DNA from: an uncultured bacterium
GTDB lineage: Bacteria > Babelota > Babeliae > Babelales > Vermiphilaceae
DNA: 64,000 nucleotides
NCBI GenBank assembly: GCA_963713925.1
Contig: OY970212.1
Span: 1,056,001 to 1,120,000, forward strand
Direction: 5' to 3'
Shown here: positions 9,167 to 18,788 of the stretch, piece after piece
How positions within the stretch are numbered: the first letter of the stretch is position 1
How the letters are laid out: every line of letters begins with the position of its first letter
Program-made: the position numbers and the translations under genes
The notes under the pieces: model-generated
The model's database searches: none
Told to the model about the DNA's origin: nothing
What the model saw: the letters and a program-made list of their open reading frames with translations, nothing else

Positions 9167-10633
9167 ATGCAAAAAACCGTCATCTATGCCCGAGTATCAT
9201 CTCGAGACCAAGAAATTGAAGGCTTTTCAATCCCCGCTCAACTTAAAATCATGCATGAATATGCATCAAAGAATCATCTCACAATTGCGCAAGAATTTAC
9301 TGATGTTGAAACAGCAAAAAAGGCTGGACGCACTCAATTCACCAAAATGCTCACATTCCTAGAACAGAACCCTACCGTTAAGCACATATTAGTAGAAAAG
9401 ACAGATCGCTTATTACGTAACATTGCTGATTACGCGCTCATTGATCGTTTGATTGAATATTCCGACACCAAGATTCACCTGGTCAAAGAAAATGTAATTT
9501 TGAGCAAAGATTCGCGCTCAAATGAAAAGTTCATTTTCGGCATAAAAGCCCTCATGGCAAAGAATTATGTCGATAATCTTTCGGAAGAAGTCCGCAAAGG
9601 GATGATCGAAAAAGCCTCACAAGGCACCTTTCCCTCAAACGCACCCTTTGGTTATGTAAATGCTCGTGAAGGCGATAAAAAAACAATTGCAATTGATCCA
9701 AAAGCAGCACCCTTCATTAAAAGAATGTTTGAGTTGTACGCAACAGGAAGCCACTCACTAAAGACTTTAAGAAAAAAAATTCTTGATGAAGGTCTTGTGT
9801 ATCGTAGCGGCAAACATTTCTATGTCAGCACCTTAGAAACCATTCTCAAAAATGAATTCTACACCGGCATGTTTATGTGGCGGGGGAAACGATACGAGAA
9901 TGCTTCTCACGAACCAATAATTAGCAAAGCACTTTATCATCAGGTACAGGATATGCTCAGACATCCCAAAAAAGATAAATCAAAAAAAGGTCTTTTTACC
10001 TACACAAACTTGATCAGGTGCGGAGTATGCGGATGCAAACTCACTGCCGAACTCAAGAAAGGTAAATACATCTACTACCATTGCACAGGGCAAAAGGGTT
10101 ATTGCATGCAATCCTACCTGCGCCAAGAAACAATCGATGAGCACTTTGAACAGTTATTGGCTTCGATTCAAATTGATGAAGCAACTCAGATGATGGTATT
10201 AAAGGGTCTGCGCGAAAGCATGCAAGACAAAATTGAATATCATAACAACCTTGCATCACAGCTCGAGCAACAAATAAAGGTAATTCAGAGACGTATTGAC
10301 CAGGCGTATCTTGATAAGCTTGACGGAAAAATTAGTGAAGACTTTTGGCAGGAAAGAACAAGAAAATGGTCTTCTGAAAAAGATGATCTTTATATAAAAT
10401 TACTCGCTCTTCAAAAAGCTGACTTACACTACCTTGAAAATGCGTCACTCGCCATAGAACTCTCCAATAAAGCGTCTAGCATGTTCAAAGGCCAAAGCAG
10501 TGAGCAAAAAAAGCGACTGTTGAATTTATTAATTGGGAACTGCACCTACAAAGACGAAAAGATCGATGCAGAGCTGAAACCGATCTTCTACTCTATTTTC
10601 AAATTGTCAAAATCTGGAAAATGGTGGAGCTGA
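9167..10633 (+). CDS. Large serine recombinase (integrase)
   Basis: YARVSS catalytic motif, DRLLRN, recombinase domain (APFGY, ILKNEFYTG, HEPIIS), Zn ribbon CGVCG...YYHC, coiled coil. Confidence 0.95.
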   Translation: MQKTVIYARVSSRDQEIEGFSIPAQLKIMHEYASKNHLTIAQEFTDVETAKKAGRTQFTKMLTFLEQNPTVKHILVEKTDRLLRNIADYALIDRLIEYSDTKIHLVKENVILSKDSRSNEKFIFGIKALMAKNYVDNLSEEVRKGMIEKASQGTFPSNAPFGYVNAREGDKKTIAIDPKAAPFIKRMFELYATGSHSLKTLRKKILDEGLVYRSGKHFYVSTLETILKNEFYTGMFMWRGKRYENASHEPIISKALYHQVQDMLRHPKKDKSKKGLFTYTNLIRCGVCGCKLTAELKKGKYIYYHCTGQKGYCMQSYLRQETIDEHFEQLLASIQIDEATQMMVLKGLRESMQDKIEYHNNLASQLEQQIKVIQRRIDQAYLDKLDGKISEDFWQERTRKWSSEKDDLYIKLLALQKADLHYLENASLAIELSNKASSMFKGQSSEQKKRLLNLLIGNCTYKDEKIDAELKPIFYSIFKLSKSGKWWS

Positions 10634-10697
10634 CCGGAATCGAACCGGTGACCTCATGAATGCCATCCATGCGCTCTACCAATTGAGCTACAGCCCC
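10622..10697 (-). tRNA. tRNA-Ala(GGC)
   Basis: Cloverleaf GGGGCTG...anticodon loop AT-GGC-AT...TTCGATT...CAGCTCCACCA. Confidence 0.95.
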
Positions 10698-10824
10698 AAA
10701 AAAAAGAATAGATGAAATTATGATAAATATTTCTTCAAAAAATGCAATGATAATCCCATTGAATAAGGATTGACACGTATGAATTATAAATGATACTATC
10801 TGCGATAAGAATGAAAGGACCATA

Positions 10825-11298
10825 ATGAAAATATATATGATGCTCTTCGGATTCTCTTTATCATGTTTTGCTGCAGATACATCTTCAGTTGTAATTTGCA
10901 ACGATATTCTCCAACCTTATATATACAAAGTTTCTCCACAATGTGATTGGGAAGAGGAAGGAGATTATGCTTGTTTGATGAAAGAAGATATGCAACGCTT
11001 TCCTTTCTTTGGTACAGTTGTCGTTCCCCAATATTGGTATGTAGGATTCCAGCGAGTCAATGATCATGACTACCCCTTCTGTCGACAGGAAGCAGGATGC
11101 GGTACATTTTTTGTAAAACAGGCTTCTTCTTCAAATCAAACTAACGAAATTAAACTTTCTGCTCTTTTAAACGTTGCCATGGATGGGCTCTATGTCCATG
11201 ATACTACTACATGGGAATCATGGTGGAAAGGTTATAAACCCGATCCTACAGAAATAATACGAATACGCCCAATTATTTTTGGCGAAAAACTCAGATAA
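10825..11298 (+). CDS. Secreted hypothetical protein
   Basis: Signal peptide (…SCFA|AD), upstream TTGACA and AGGA RBS. Confidence 0.7.
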   Translation: MKIYMMLFGFSLSCFAADTSSVVICNDILQPYIYKVSPQCDWEEEGDYACLMKEDMQRFPFFGTVVVPQYWYVGFQRVNDHDYPFCRQEAGCGTFFVKQASSSNQTNEIKLSALLNVAMDGLYVHDTTTWESWWKGYKPDPTEIIRIRPIIFGEKLR

Positions 11299-11427
11299 TC
11301 TCGCATTGTAAGAAAATGTATGAGGGATAAGTTTTCCACAACTTATCCCTCAATTTTTTTGGTCGATTCTTTCGTTTCAAACGAGTATACTAAATTTCCA
11401 CTATTTTCATTTATCTTGGAGATTCTC

Positions 11428-13134
11428 ATGAATTTTATATCATCATTTCTCATGCTGTTGTTTGCGACAGCATATACGCACTGCACCATCGATTTTACTT
11501 CATCTGCGAAAGCCGACAGCTCTGAACTTTGCATCGAAGCGCACATTGCAAACGATATGCTCTATCAAGAATATTTGAATTTTTCGATCAATGATCCGAA
11601 TGTTTCCATCACCTCGTGGAAAGCAGACAATGCGCCCCAAGCACATTTTGATACAACGTTCAAAGAAAAAAAATCATTCTATGACGCTGACACAACATTC
11701 CGTTTACAAACCTCAGGTGCGCTTGAACCGGACACGAATATAACAATCACCTACATGGGTGCGCACACAAAATCGCTCGCTCAAAAAACGGTCAAGTTGC
11801 AATCGATACATGCCGAGCAACAAATCGAAACGATGGTGGAAGCCGATACAGAAATTCAAGCAGCTGCTCCTGAACAATCTACGTGTGCAGCACCAATCGC
11901 ACAGAAAAAATCATGGTCTGATACAATTTCAGGTGCCATTCTTGCAACTGATTCTCTGCTCATTAAAATTTTGCTCGTGATTTTACTCGGCATTTTCATG
12001 AGCCTCACGCCCTGCATTTATCCGATGATTCCGATTACTGCCGGCATTCTGCAATCACAAGGCGGCACATCGTTGCTGCGCAATTTTTTCTTGGCATTTT
12101 GCTACACACTCGGCATCGCACTCACTTTTGCAGCCCTTGGTTTGAGCGCAGCATACACCGGACAAGTGTTTGGATCACTAATGGCAAATCCGATCATCAT
12201 TGTGTGTATCGTTGCGTTACTCGTGTATCTTGCACTTTCCATGATGGGCGTGTATGAAATGTATATTCCCAAAATCATGCAGCCAAAGCATCAAGCGGTC
12301 AAAAAAGGTTCTGCACTATCGGCATTTCTTTTTGGAGCGGCAAGCGGAACATTTGCATCCCCCTGCCTTTCTCCGGGGTTGGTGTTGTTGCTGAGCATCG
12401 TAACTTCCATGCAAAACACTTTTCTTGGATTCTCGCTTTTGTTTGCCTTCGGGGTTGGAATTAGCATCCCACTTCTTTTGATTGGAACATTTTCAAGCTC
12501 GCTCAATATGCTTCCGCGCGCCGGCATGTGGATGGTTGAGATCAAACGTGTGTTCGGGTTTATTATGCTTGCAATGGCGGTTTACTTCTTAAAACCGTTA
12601 GCTCCCGATTACATACTCTCCTGGCTCCTAACGGCGGTTATTGCCGCATGCGGATTCTATTATCTCTATCGCAGCAGCAAACAGCCAAATACATTCAATA
12701 CGATTGTTGCCATCATAGCACTCAGCATTGCCGGGCTCTATGGACTATGGTCATACAATCAAACAAAACAGCTCGGTTGTCATGCGCCGTTGTGGGTTTC
12801 AGATTATCAAGATGCGATCAACGAGGCACAGAAAGAAGGCAAAAAATTGTTTGTCGATGTCGGCGCACCGTATTGTTCGATTTGCAAAGCAATCGACAAA
12901 ACGCTATTATCAGATCCGGAAGTGATAAAAACATTGTGCGAGTATTACATCTGCATCAAGCTCGACGGCTCACTTGAATGTAACAAAGAGTTTAACTCCT
13001 TCTACAACATCAAAGGATTCCCTGCGATTTTTGTCATCGATCCGAGTTCGCGTGGTGTGTTGCTTCGATGGGGTTCAGAATTGTATAAAACAGACAAGAA
13101 AGAATTTATTAACCAGCTGATTGCTGCAGCGTAA
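11428..13134 (+). CDS. dsbD: Protein-disulfide reductase, DsbD/CcdA family with C-terminal thioredoxin domain
   Basis: SLTPCIYPMIPI, ASPC, LPRAGMWM, APYCSICK; start placed at the GGAG-preceded ATG. Confidence 0.85.
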   Translation: MNFISSFLMLLFATAYTHCTIDFTSSAKADSSELCIEAHIANDMLYQEYLNFSINDPNVSITSWKADNAPQAHFDTTFKEKKSFYDADTTFRLQTSGALEPDTNITITYMGAHTKSLAQKTVKLQSIHAEQQIETMVEADTEIQAAAPEQSTCAAPIAQKKSWSDTISGAILATDSLLIKILLVILLGIFMSLTPCIYPMIPITAGILQSQGGTSLLRNFFLAFCYTLGIALTFAALGLSAAYTGQVFGSLMANPIIIVCIVALLVYLALSMMGVYEMYIPKIMQPKHQAVKKGSALSAFLFGAASGTFASPCLSPGLVLLLSIVTSMQNTFLGFSLLFAFGVGISIPLLLIGTFSSSLNMLPRAGMWMVEIKRVFGFIMLAMAVYFLKPLAPDYILSWLLTAVIAACGFYYLYRSSKQPNTFNTIVAIIALSIAGLYGLWSYNQTKQLGCHAPLWVSDYQDAINEAQKEGKKLFVDVGAPYCSICKAIDKTLLSDPEVIKTLCEYYICIKLDGSLECNKEFNSFYNIKGFPAIFVIDPSSRGVLLRWGSELYKTDKKEFINQLIAAA

Positions 13135-13156
13135 AAAGTTAAAGCATGGCACTGTA

Positions 13157-13190
13157 ATAAGAAGGCTCGCACAATTGCAAGCCTTCTTAT
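13157..13190. terminator. Stem-loop between convergent genes
   Basis: ataagaaggctcgc...gcaagccttcttat. Confidence 0.7.
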
Positions 13191-13209
13191 GTATCAAAAT
13201 GAAATGAAG

Positions 13210-13605
13210 CTAATTTTGTTTCTGTTGCTCGCGAAACTCGATAATTTGAATCAATTTATTGGAATAATGTAACTCATCGGACCAGGGCATAAAACTTGCT
13301 TGCTTGGCTCGTATGTCATAGACCAATTTATCATAATCATATTCGGCACCGTGCGACAAGGCCATTCTAAAAATATGCAGGTTCGGAGTCAAAGCGGCCT
13401 GTTCTAAGATATGATTTTTATAAAGCTGAGGAATGCTCGGTTTTCTTTCAAGCAATTCTTCCAACCGCCCCGTATTTCGCTGATATTGCATCACGACAAC
13501 AGCATCTACCACTTCTTTCATCAATAACTGAGCGTTATCTCCTCCATCTCCCGCATAACAAGCCGACATCGACAAGCTAGCTAAAACAGCTAATATCTTT
13601 TTCAT
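13210..13605 (-). CDS. Secreted hypothetical protein (possibly one degenerate ankyrin-like unit)
   Basis: Signal peptide MKKILAVLASLSMSACYA; ALSHGA motif. Confidence 0.65.
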   Translation of the reverse strand: MKKILAVLASLSMSACYAGDGGDNAQLLMKEVVDAVVVMQYQRNTGRLEELLERKPSIPQLYKNHILEQAALTPNLHIFRMALSHGAEYDYDKLVYDIRAKQASFMPWSDELHYSNKLIQIIEFREQQKQN

Positions 13606-13871
13606 GAAAAACCTTCAATTTGGACAAAATGTAAAAACAACTCAATGGCATTTTTTACAATATACAATATTATAGAGAGGTCGTCGATGGATTTATGGTC
13701 AAGGAGCATGCATGCCACATCAAGAACATTTGAATAAGTTACATTCGAGTCTCGAAAATGATGGTTCTTCGCAATATAAAAAAGGTATCATGGCGTGCAT
13801 TTTTGCATTGACACGATTATTATGATGCGCTAACATAGGCCCGCTTACATAATCTCAAACAGGAGCCATTT

Positions 13872-14465
13872 ATGATTAAATATTCACTCGCCATATTTGC
13901 CGTATACGCCATGGTTGTCAACGGTGGTGATGGACAAGAAACGTCCCTCTCTACGGCCTTTGATACTGTTATTCAATATACAATGCCTCATTGCAAGTAT
14001 CCCGTTAAGGAGATCTTTGGTTTATCACACAAACCGTTGCAGATAGAACTTCCTAATTATTATTCACCCAAAACACCTCAATTATCCTGCGCACTCCGAT
14101 TTTTTTATTCTCGATGCAATCAGTCTCTTGATATACGATCGATAGAAAATGTCGTAAGTGATCTTGCACCTGTAGCACTACCTGCATTAGAGCAGAAGCC
14201 TGTTCTTGTTTCGCCACTGTTTCTCAAGGATGGGTATGATGCCACTCCTTCGGACTATTATTTTTTTGAAACACCAAGCCACAATGCTCTATTACCCGTC
14301 ATAAGCCGATTTCAAAATAAATTCGAAGATGAGTATGCTCGAGTAGCAAAAGAATTGATTGGCGCCCTCATTAAACCTGATATTATTGAGGATGGAACTC
14401 AAAGCGTTGACCTGACTCTCATTCTTCCGGATATTCAGAAGCAAATCAAAAGACTACTAAAATAA
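13872..14465 (+). CDS. Secreted hypothetical protein
   Basis: AGGAG RBS, TTGACA-17-TAACAT promoter at 13808, signal peptide. Confidence 0.7.
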   Translation: MIKYSLAIFAVYAMVVNGGDGQETSLSTAFDTVIQYTMPHCKYPVKEIFGLSHKPLQIELPNYYSPKTPQLSCALRFFYSRCNQSLDIRSIENVVSDLAPVALPALEQKPVLVSPLFLKDGYDATPSDYYFFETPSHNALLPVISRFQNKFEDEYARVAKELIGALIKPDIIEDGTQSVDLTLILPDIQKQIKRLLK

Positions 14466-14472
14466 TTGAGCT

Positions 14473-14504
14473 AAAAAAGGCCCGCGATTTTTGCGGGCCT
14501 TTTT
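14473..14504. terminator. Bidirectional terminator
   Basis: aaaaaggcccgc-gattttt-gcgggccttttt. Confidence 0.8.
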
Positions 14505-14506
14505 CT

Positions 14507-14884
14507 TTAATCTTTAAAATTCTTGGTCCAATCGGGATTGCGCGCTTTGCGATCATCAACGCGCTCTTTTTTTTCTCTGTGTAGTTTTTCATACACTTCA
14601 TCAATCACATGACCAAGCAGTTTATAAAAATCGCTATCTTCTTTTTTGACATACACCTCATAGTGCGGGGTTTTCACCTGCAGTGCAATCTGATGATGTG
14701 GAAATGTCTTTGAACGATCTTGTGGATGCAAATGCGAAGCTTCCATCATTAAATCAAGATATGCTGGCGATGGGCCGTCAGCTATAAAATCGATCACTTT
14801 TTGAAGTTGTTTTTTCACATTCCGCTCAATATCTTCGGAATGTTCCATGTGTAAATATGCAATACGAATTATCGGCTCATTCAT
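14507..14884 (-). CDS. Ribosome hibernation factor HPF/RaiA-like protein
   Basis: HMEHSEDIE...KKQLQK start and EDSDFYKLL..VID..YEKL.REK end match the HPF fold pattern. Confidence 0.65.
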   Translation of the reverse strand: MNEPIIRIAYLHMEHSEDIERNVKKQLQKVIDFIADGPSPAYLDLMMEASHLHPQDRSKTFPHHQIALQVKTPHYEVYVKKEDSDFYKLLGHVIDEVYEKLHREKKERVDDRKARNPDWTKNFKD

Positions 14885-15088
14885 ACAAAACTCCCAAAAA
14901 CGCTACCCCACGATCTGCGACTTCGAAGTTCATCCGGAAGACCTGTTCCTCATGGGGGCCCGATTAACAAGGCTTTTTTTCAAAAAAATAGACTGAAACC
15001 ATCTTATGTAAATCCTACACTATGAGTATCAGTATATCTATATTTTTGATGAACCTATGCGTTTTTTATTTTAAAAAAACACGGTATT

Positions 15089-16408
15089 TTATGATCTCTT
15101 TTTCAAGACAAACTTAACCGGAGCGCTTTTTAGATCGTACTGTTCACGCAAAATGTTTTCAAAGAATTGTAACTGGCTTTCACCAAACCAATCCGGCACG
15201 TTTACCGTCAACAAAAGCGTAGTAGGGGCCATTGCGATCTGGCGTACGTCATATAAAACAAGTAGATTTTCTTTATGATACAATGGACGCTTTTCAAGAT
15301 GACCACGGAGTAAAATAGTGAGCTCGTGCTCATTGAATTGTTGGCTGTAGCGATTCCACACTTTCTGAATGAGGGGAAATATTTTGCCGACATTCTTACC
15401 CGTTTTGCATGAAATGTTGAGCTGCTCAATTTTTCTCAGTAAGAAATCATATCGGTCTTTGCTGACGCCAAGTTGTGAGTCGGTATGCTCAGTCACCAAA
15501 TCTTGTTTATTGTAGAGAATAATAAGCGCTTTATAATTTTCTTGGAACGCATAGAATGCGAGCTTCAGCTCTTGGTCTGCAAGTGTTCCTTCACTTGCAT
15601 CAACAAGCAACAAAATAATCTCTGCTCGCTCAAGTGCGCGAAGCGAACTTTTGACCATCAAACTCTCAAGCGGTTCATGCACCGATTTTTGTTTACGCAC
15701 ACCAGGTGTGTCGGTCAACAAAATATCTTCTTGATAGAAGGTCACTTTTTGCGAAACCGGCTCGCGCGTTGTCCCTGCAATTGGGGAGACAATTGCGCGC
15801 TCCTGATCAACAAGGCTATTGAGCAATGATGATTTTCCAACGTTTGGTTTGCCGAGCAATACAACTCGAAAACGAGGTTCTTGTGTTTCCGCAATCGGTG
15901 TATGTTCAGGCAAGAGATCCACAATTAATTCAAGCAGATCAGCAATGCCCGTGCCATGCTGCGCGGAGATGAGCACTTTGTTTTTGAATCCGAGTTTATC
16001 AAACTCGAACATATGTTCTTGCACAGCTTTTGTATCAGCTTTATTGATAACTGCAATCACTTTTTTTCCTGCCTTGAAGAGCAGTTTCGCTATATCGCGA
16101 TCTTGATTGACCAGCCCGGCTTTTCCATCAAGCACAAATAACACGACTTCTGCAGCCTCAAGCATGGAAATCGCTTTTTGTCTGACCGCTTCAAGGATAA
16201 CATCCTGCGTCTTTGCAAAGCTCACACCGCCCGTGTCTACCAGTTCAAAATCTTTTCCCTTCCACGCAATTTCTTCTGAAATAAAATCGCGGGTGACTCC
16301 TTCATAATCAAGAGTCATTGTTTTGACTGATTCTGATAAGCGATTAAAGAGCGTTGATTTGCCGACGTTCATACGGCCGACGAGTACAACTTTTGGTAAT
16401 TTTTTCAT
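15089..16408 (-). CDS. der: Ribosome biogenesis GTPase Der
   Basis: Two GTPase domains GRMNVGKS and GKPNVGKS, DTGG/DTPG, NKAD. Confidence 0.95.
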   Translation of the reverse strand: MKKLPKVVLVGRMNVGKSTLFNRLSESVKTMTLDYEGVTRDFISEEIAWKGKDFELVDTGGVSFAKTQDVILEAVRQKAISMLEAAEVVLFVLDGKAGLVNQDRDIAKLLFKAGKKVIAVINKADTKAVQEHMFEFDKLGFKNKVLISAQHGTGIADLLELIVDLLPEHTPIAETQEPRFRVVLLGKPNVGKSSLLNSLVDQERAIVSPIAGTTREPVSQKVTFYQEDILLTDTPGVRKQKSVHEPLESLMVKSSLRALERAEIILLLVDASEGTLADQELKLAFYAFQENYKALIILYNKQDLVTEHTDSQLGVSKDRYDFLLRKIEQLNISCKTGKNVGKIFPLIQKVWNRYSQQFNEHELTILLRGHLEKRPLYHKENLLVLYDVRQIAMAPTTLLLTVNVPDWFGESQLQFFENILREQYDLKSAPVKFVLKKRS

Positions 16409-18165
16409 TGACGATCCTGAATCTGCCGTACGGTGCCCGGAAAATAGTTAAGAACAAGATTAGTTAATTTCCATCGCTCTTTATCTGAAACATCAAGCGG
16501 TGTTCCCGCGATGTACGGAGTGCGAGCTGATTTGTTTGCATATGAGTTTTTTGTAAACGTCGGCTTAGGAGCTGCCTGAGGAGCTTGCATTGCGGGTTCG
16601 ACCGGTCGTTGCTCTACAGAAGTTGCCCGAATGGGAGCTTGCGGTTTTGCTTGCGTAGCAAGTGAAAACTGACATGAAATCGTTTTTGCTCGGGGGAAAA
16701 AATTCTTAATGATCGGCTCCCAGAGAGCGCGCGATTGATCAACATTTTCTGCAAACAACGCCAGACTTTGCCCAAAAGCAATCTCATAGTTTGAACTATC
16801 TGATGAATTTTGCGTGAATTCTGCTTGAGTAAAGAGTGATCTGATTATCGGATCAGGCAATTTGTTGATCTCATCAAGCGCCCGTTTCCATGCAACTGAA
16901 AGGGTTTCCTCTTCATCTTCTTCTTCACTGTCATCATCCTCATCTTCTTCTTGCTCATCATCAAGCAACAGAAGTCCTTCATCACTTGCCGGAACTGAAG
17001 CAGACGCTTGCTGCGGTGTCTGATTTCCGCCAATATTATTTTTATTTTTATTCTTTTGACACAACTGAAGAAGAATCATTTCAAAAAACGAATGCTGCGC
17101 TGTTGTTTTTACAAAAAGCGGCTCTTGCTGGTAAAAAAATTGTAATATGGCATACAACTTATTGGCATACGCATAATTGACAAGCGATGCAATATGCTTG
17201 TTTTCATTCAATACTTCAGACTGATCAACCCCAATAGCGCCCCACAAGCAATATTTGACAATATCCATAATGCGTCGCCAGAGAAATGAAGCGGAATATC
17301 GCTCAATTTTATAATCAGTCAATGTTTGCAGCAATACCTTTGCATCACCCTGCAACACGAGATGCACCAAATGAATCAATTGATCATCATCCATATGACC
17401 AAGCGCAAGACGCACCGATTGCGCCGTAACGATGCTTGCAGCAAAACGGACTTGCTCTAAAAGATTCAAAGCATCACGAACAGAGCCCTGCGATTCTTGT
17501 GCGATAAGCGCGAGACCGTCATGATCAAAACGAACATTTTCAGATTTGCACACATGCTCAAGATGACGTATTAATGTCTGAGAATCAACCGGCTTGAAAA
17601 GCACTTGAAATGATCGTGAACGCACGGTATCGATGATTTTATGCGCATCAGTTGTGGCTAAGATAAAATGAACACTCATTGGCGGTTCTTCTAAAATTTT
17701 TAAAAAGGCATTAAAAGCGGCCTTGCTGAGCATATGGGCTTCATCAATGAGATACACCTTTTTTTTGCCCAAAATTGGCATCAATGACGCCGCATCAATA
17801 ATCATGCGAACGTTATCAACCCCGGTGTGAGAAGCAGCATCAATTTCGATAAAATCAGGATGTCTGCCTTCAAGCATCGCCTTGCAGGAGTCACATGTAT
17901 TGCAAGGAATTGAAAGACCGCGAGGATTTTTTTGAAACTCAACCAGGCGATCACAATTGATTGCCGCGGCAAAAATACGTGCTAAAGATGTCTTACCACA
18001 ACCTCGTTGGCCTGAGAAAAGATACACAGGAAACAACTGGCTTAAATAAAGACTATTTTTCAAAACACGAACAGAAAGCTCTTGCCCCACAATTTGATCA
18101 AACGTTCGAGATCTCCACTTGCGAGCAAGATTTAAATGAGGCGCATGGATATTCATAAGAAACAC
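16405..18165 (-). CDS. dnaX: DNA polymerase III subunit gamma/tau
   Basis: LARKWR, GQRGCGKT, EIDAAS, IDEAHMLS, LEEPP. Confidence 0.95.
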   Translation of the reverse strand: MFLMNIHAPHLNLARKWRSRTFDQIVGQELSVRVLKNSLYLSQLFPVYLFSGQRGCGKTSLARIFAAAINCDRLVEFQKNPRGLSIPCNTCDSCKAMLEGRHPDFIEIDAASHTGVDNVRMIIDAASLMPILGKKKVYLIDEAHMLSKAAFNAFLKILEEPPMSVHFILATTDAHKIIDTVRSRSFQVLFKPVDSQTLIRHLEHVCKSENVRFDHDGLALIAQESQGSVRDALNLLEQVRFAASIVTAQSVRLALGHMDDDQLIHLVHLVLQGDAKVLLQTLTDYKIERYSASFLWRRIMDIVKYCLWGAIGVDQSEVLNENKHIASLVNYAYANKLYAILQFFYQQEPLFVKTTAQHSFFEMILLQLCQKNKNKNNIGGNQTPQQASASVPASDEGLLLLDDEQEEDEDDDSEEEDEEETLSVAWKRALDEINKLPDPIIRSLFTQAEFTQNSSDSSNYEIAFGQSLALFAENVDQSRALWEPIIKNFFPRAKTISCQFSLATQAKPQAPIRATSVEQRPVEPAMQAPQAAPKPTFTKNSYANKSARTPYIAGTPLDVSDKERWKLTNLVLNYFPGTVRQIQDRQ

Positions 18166-18312
18166 TCAACCAAATGCGGTGAACAACTACGGAGTCGCGC
18201 ACTATAATCAAAAACTATTATCAATACAATACCCTACTACGCCAAAGGCTTCGAAGGGCTTCCATTTCGCATTTCATTCTTTAAAAAGGCCTGACTATTT
18301 TGCGAAATAGAA

Positions 18313-18397
18313 GGGGAGGCACATACAAGAATGTGTTACTTTTGCTGCTTCCTTTCGGACCTGACAAGGTAAATAAACATTCCTTACATACCTCCCC
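18313..18397 (-). ncRNA. ffs: SRP (4.5S) RNA
   Basis: Minus strand GGGGAGG...TGTCAGGTCCGAAAGGAAGCAGC...CCTCCCC, the SRP domain IV motif in a long hairpin; typical position upstream of dnaX. Confidence 0.92.
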
Positions 18398-18564
18398 AAA
18401 TTTAAAATCTAGCCATTATTTTATTGGCCGGCCTGCCTGTCCGCAGTCGCTTATCCACGTCTTACGACTTGGCAAGCTATGGCGCGACAGCCTACACTTG
18501 TTCTATAAAATTTCAAATGTTCTGCCTTAAGACTGGCCCGCCCAGCCGTAGCCTTGGCGGAGGC

Positions 18565-18656
18565 TGGCGGAGAGAGAGGGATTCGAACCCTCGATGCCCT
18601 TTTCAGGACATACACGATTTCCAATCGTGCTCTTTCGACCACTCAGACACCTCTCC
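18565..18656 (-). tRNA. tRNA-Ser(GGA)
   Basis: GGAGAGG acceptor, CACGA-TT-GGA-AA-TCGTG anticodon arm, long variable arm, CCA end. Confidence 0.95.
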
Positions 18657-18788
18657 GTACACCCAATTTATGCTTCCGCCGTCGCCCGTCGGCTATGGCG
18701 AGATAGGCGCTCAAATTGGGACCCGGGAAAAACCCCAAGTCCAATTTTCTTGGGGTTTCATATATTTCAATATAACTCAAAGCAGGAT

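Larger units (their letters stand above)
790..10623. mobile_element. Integrated satellite-like/integrative element inserted at the 3' end of tRNA-Ala
   Basis: Helicase, primase, iteron array and serine integrase abutting a tRNA. The right end is well supported; the left end (~790) is inferred. Confidence 0.75.

Noticed and set aside
1379..10633. Intact prophage
   Set aside because: No terminase, portal, capsid, tail or lysis genes recognised in the window
10599..10901. 100-aa minus-strand ORF
   Set aside because: Reads through tRNA-Ala and antisense to the 10825 gene
16405..18165. Programmed frameshift in dnaX
   Set aside because: No convincing slippery heptamer plus stimulatory hairpin was identified by eye
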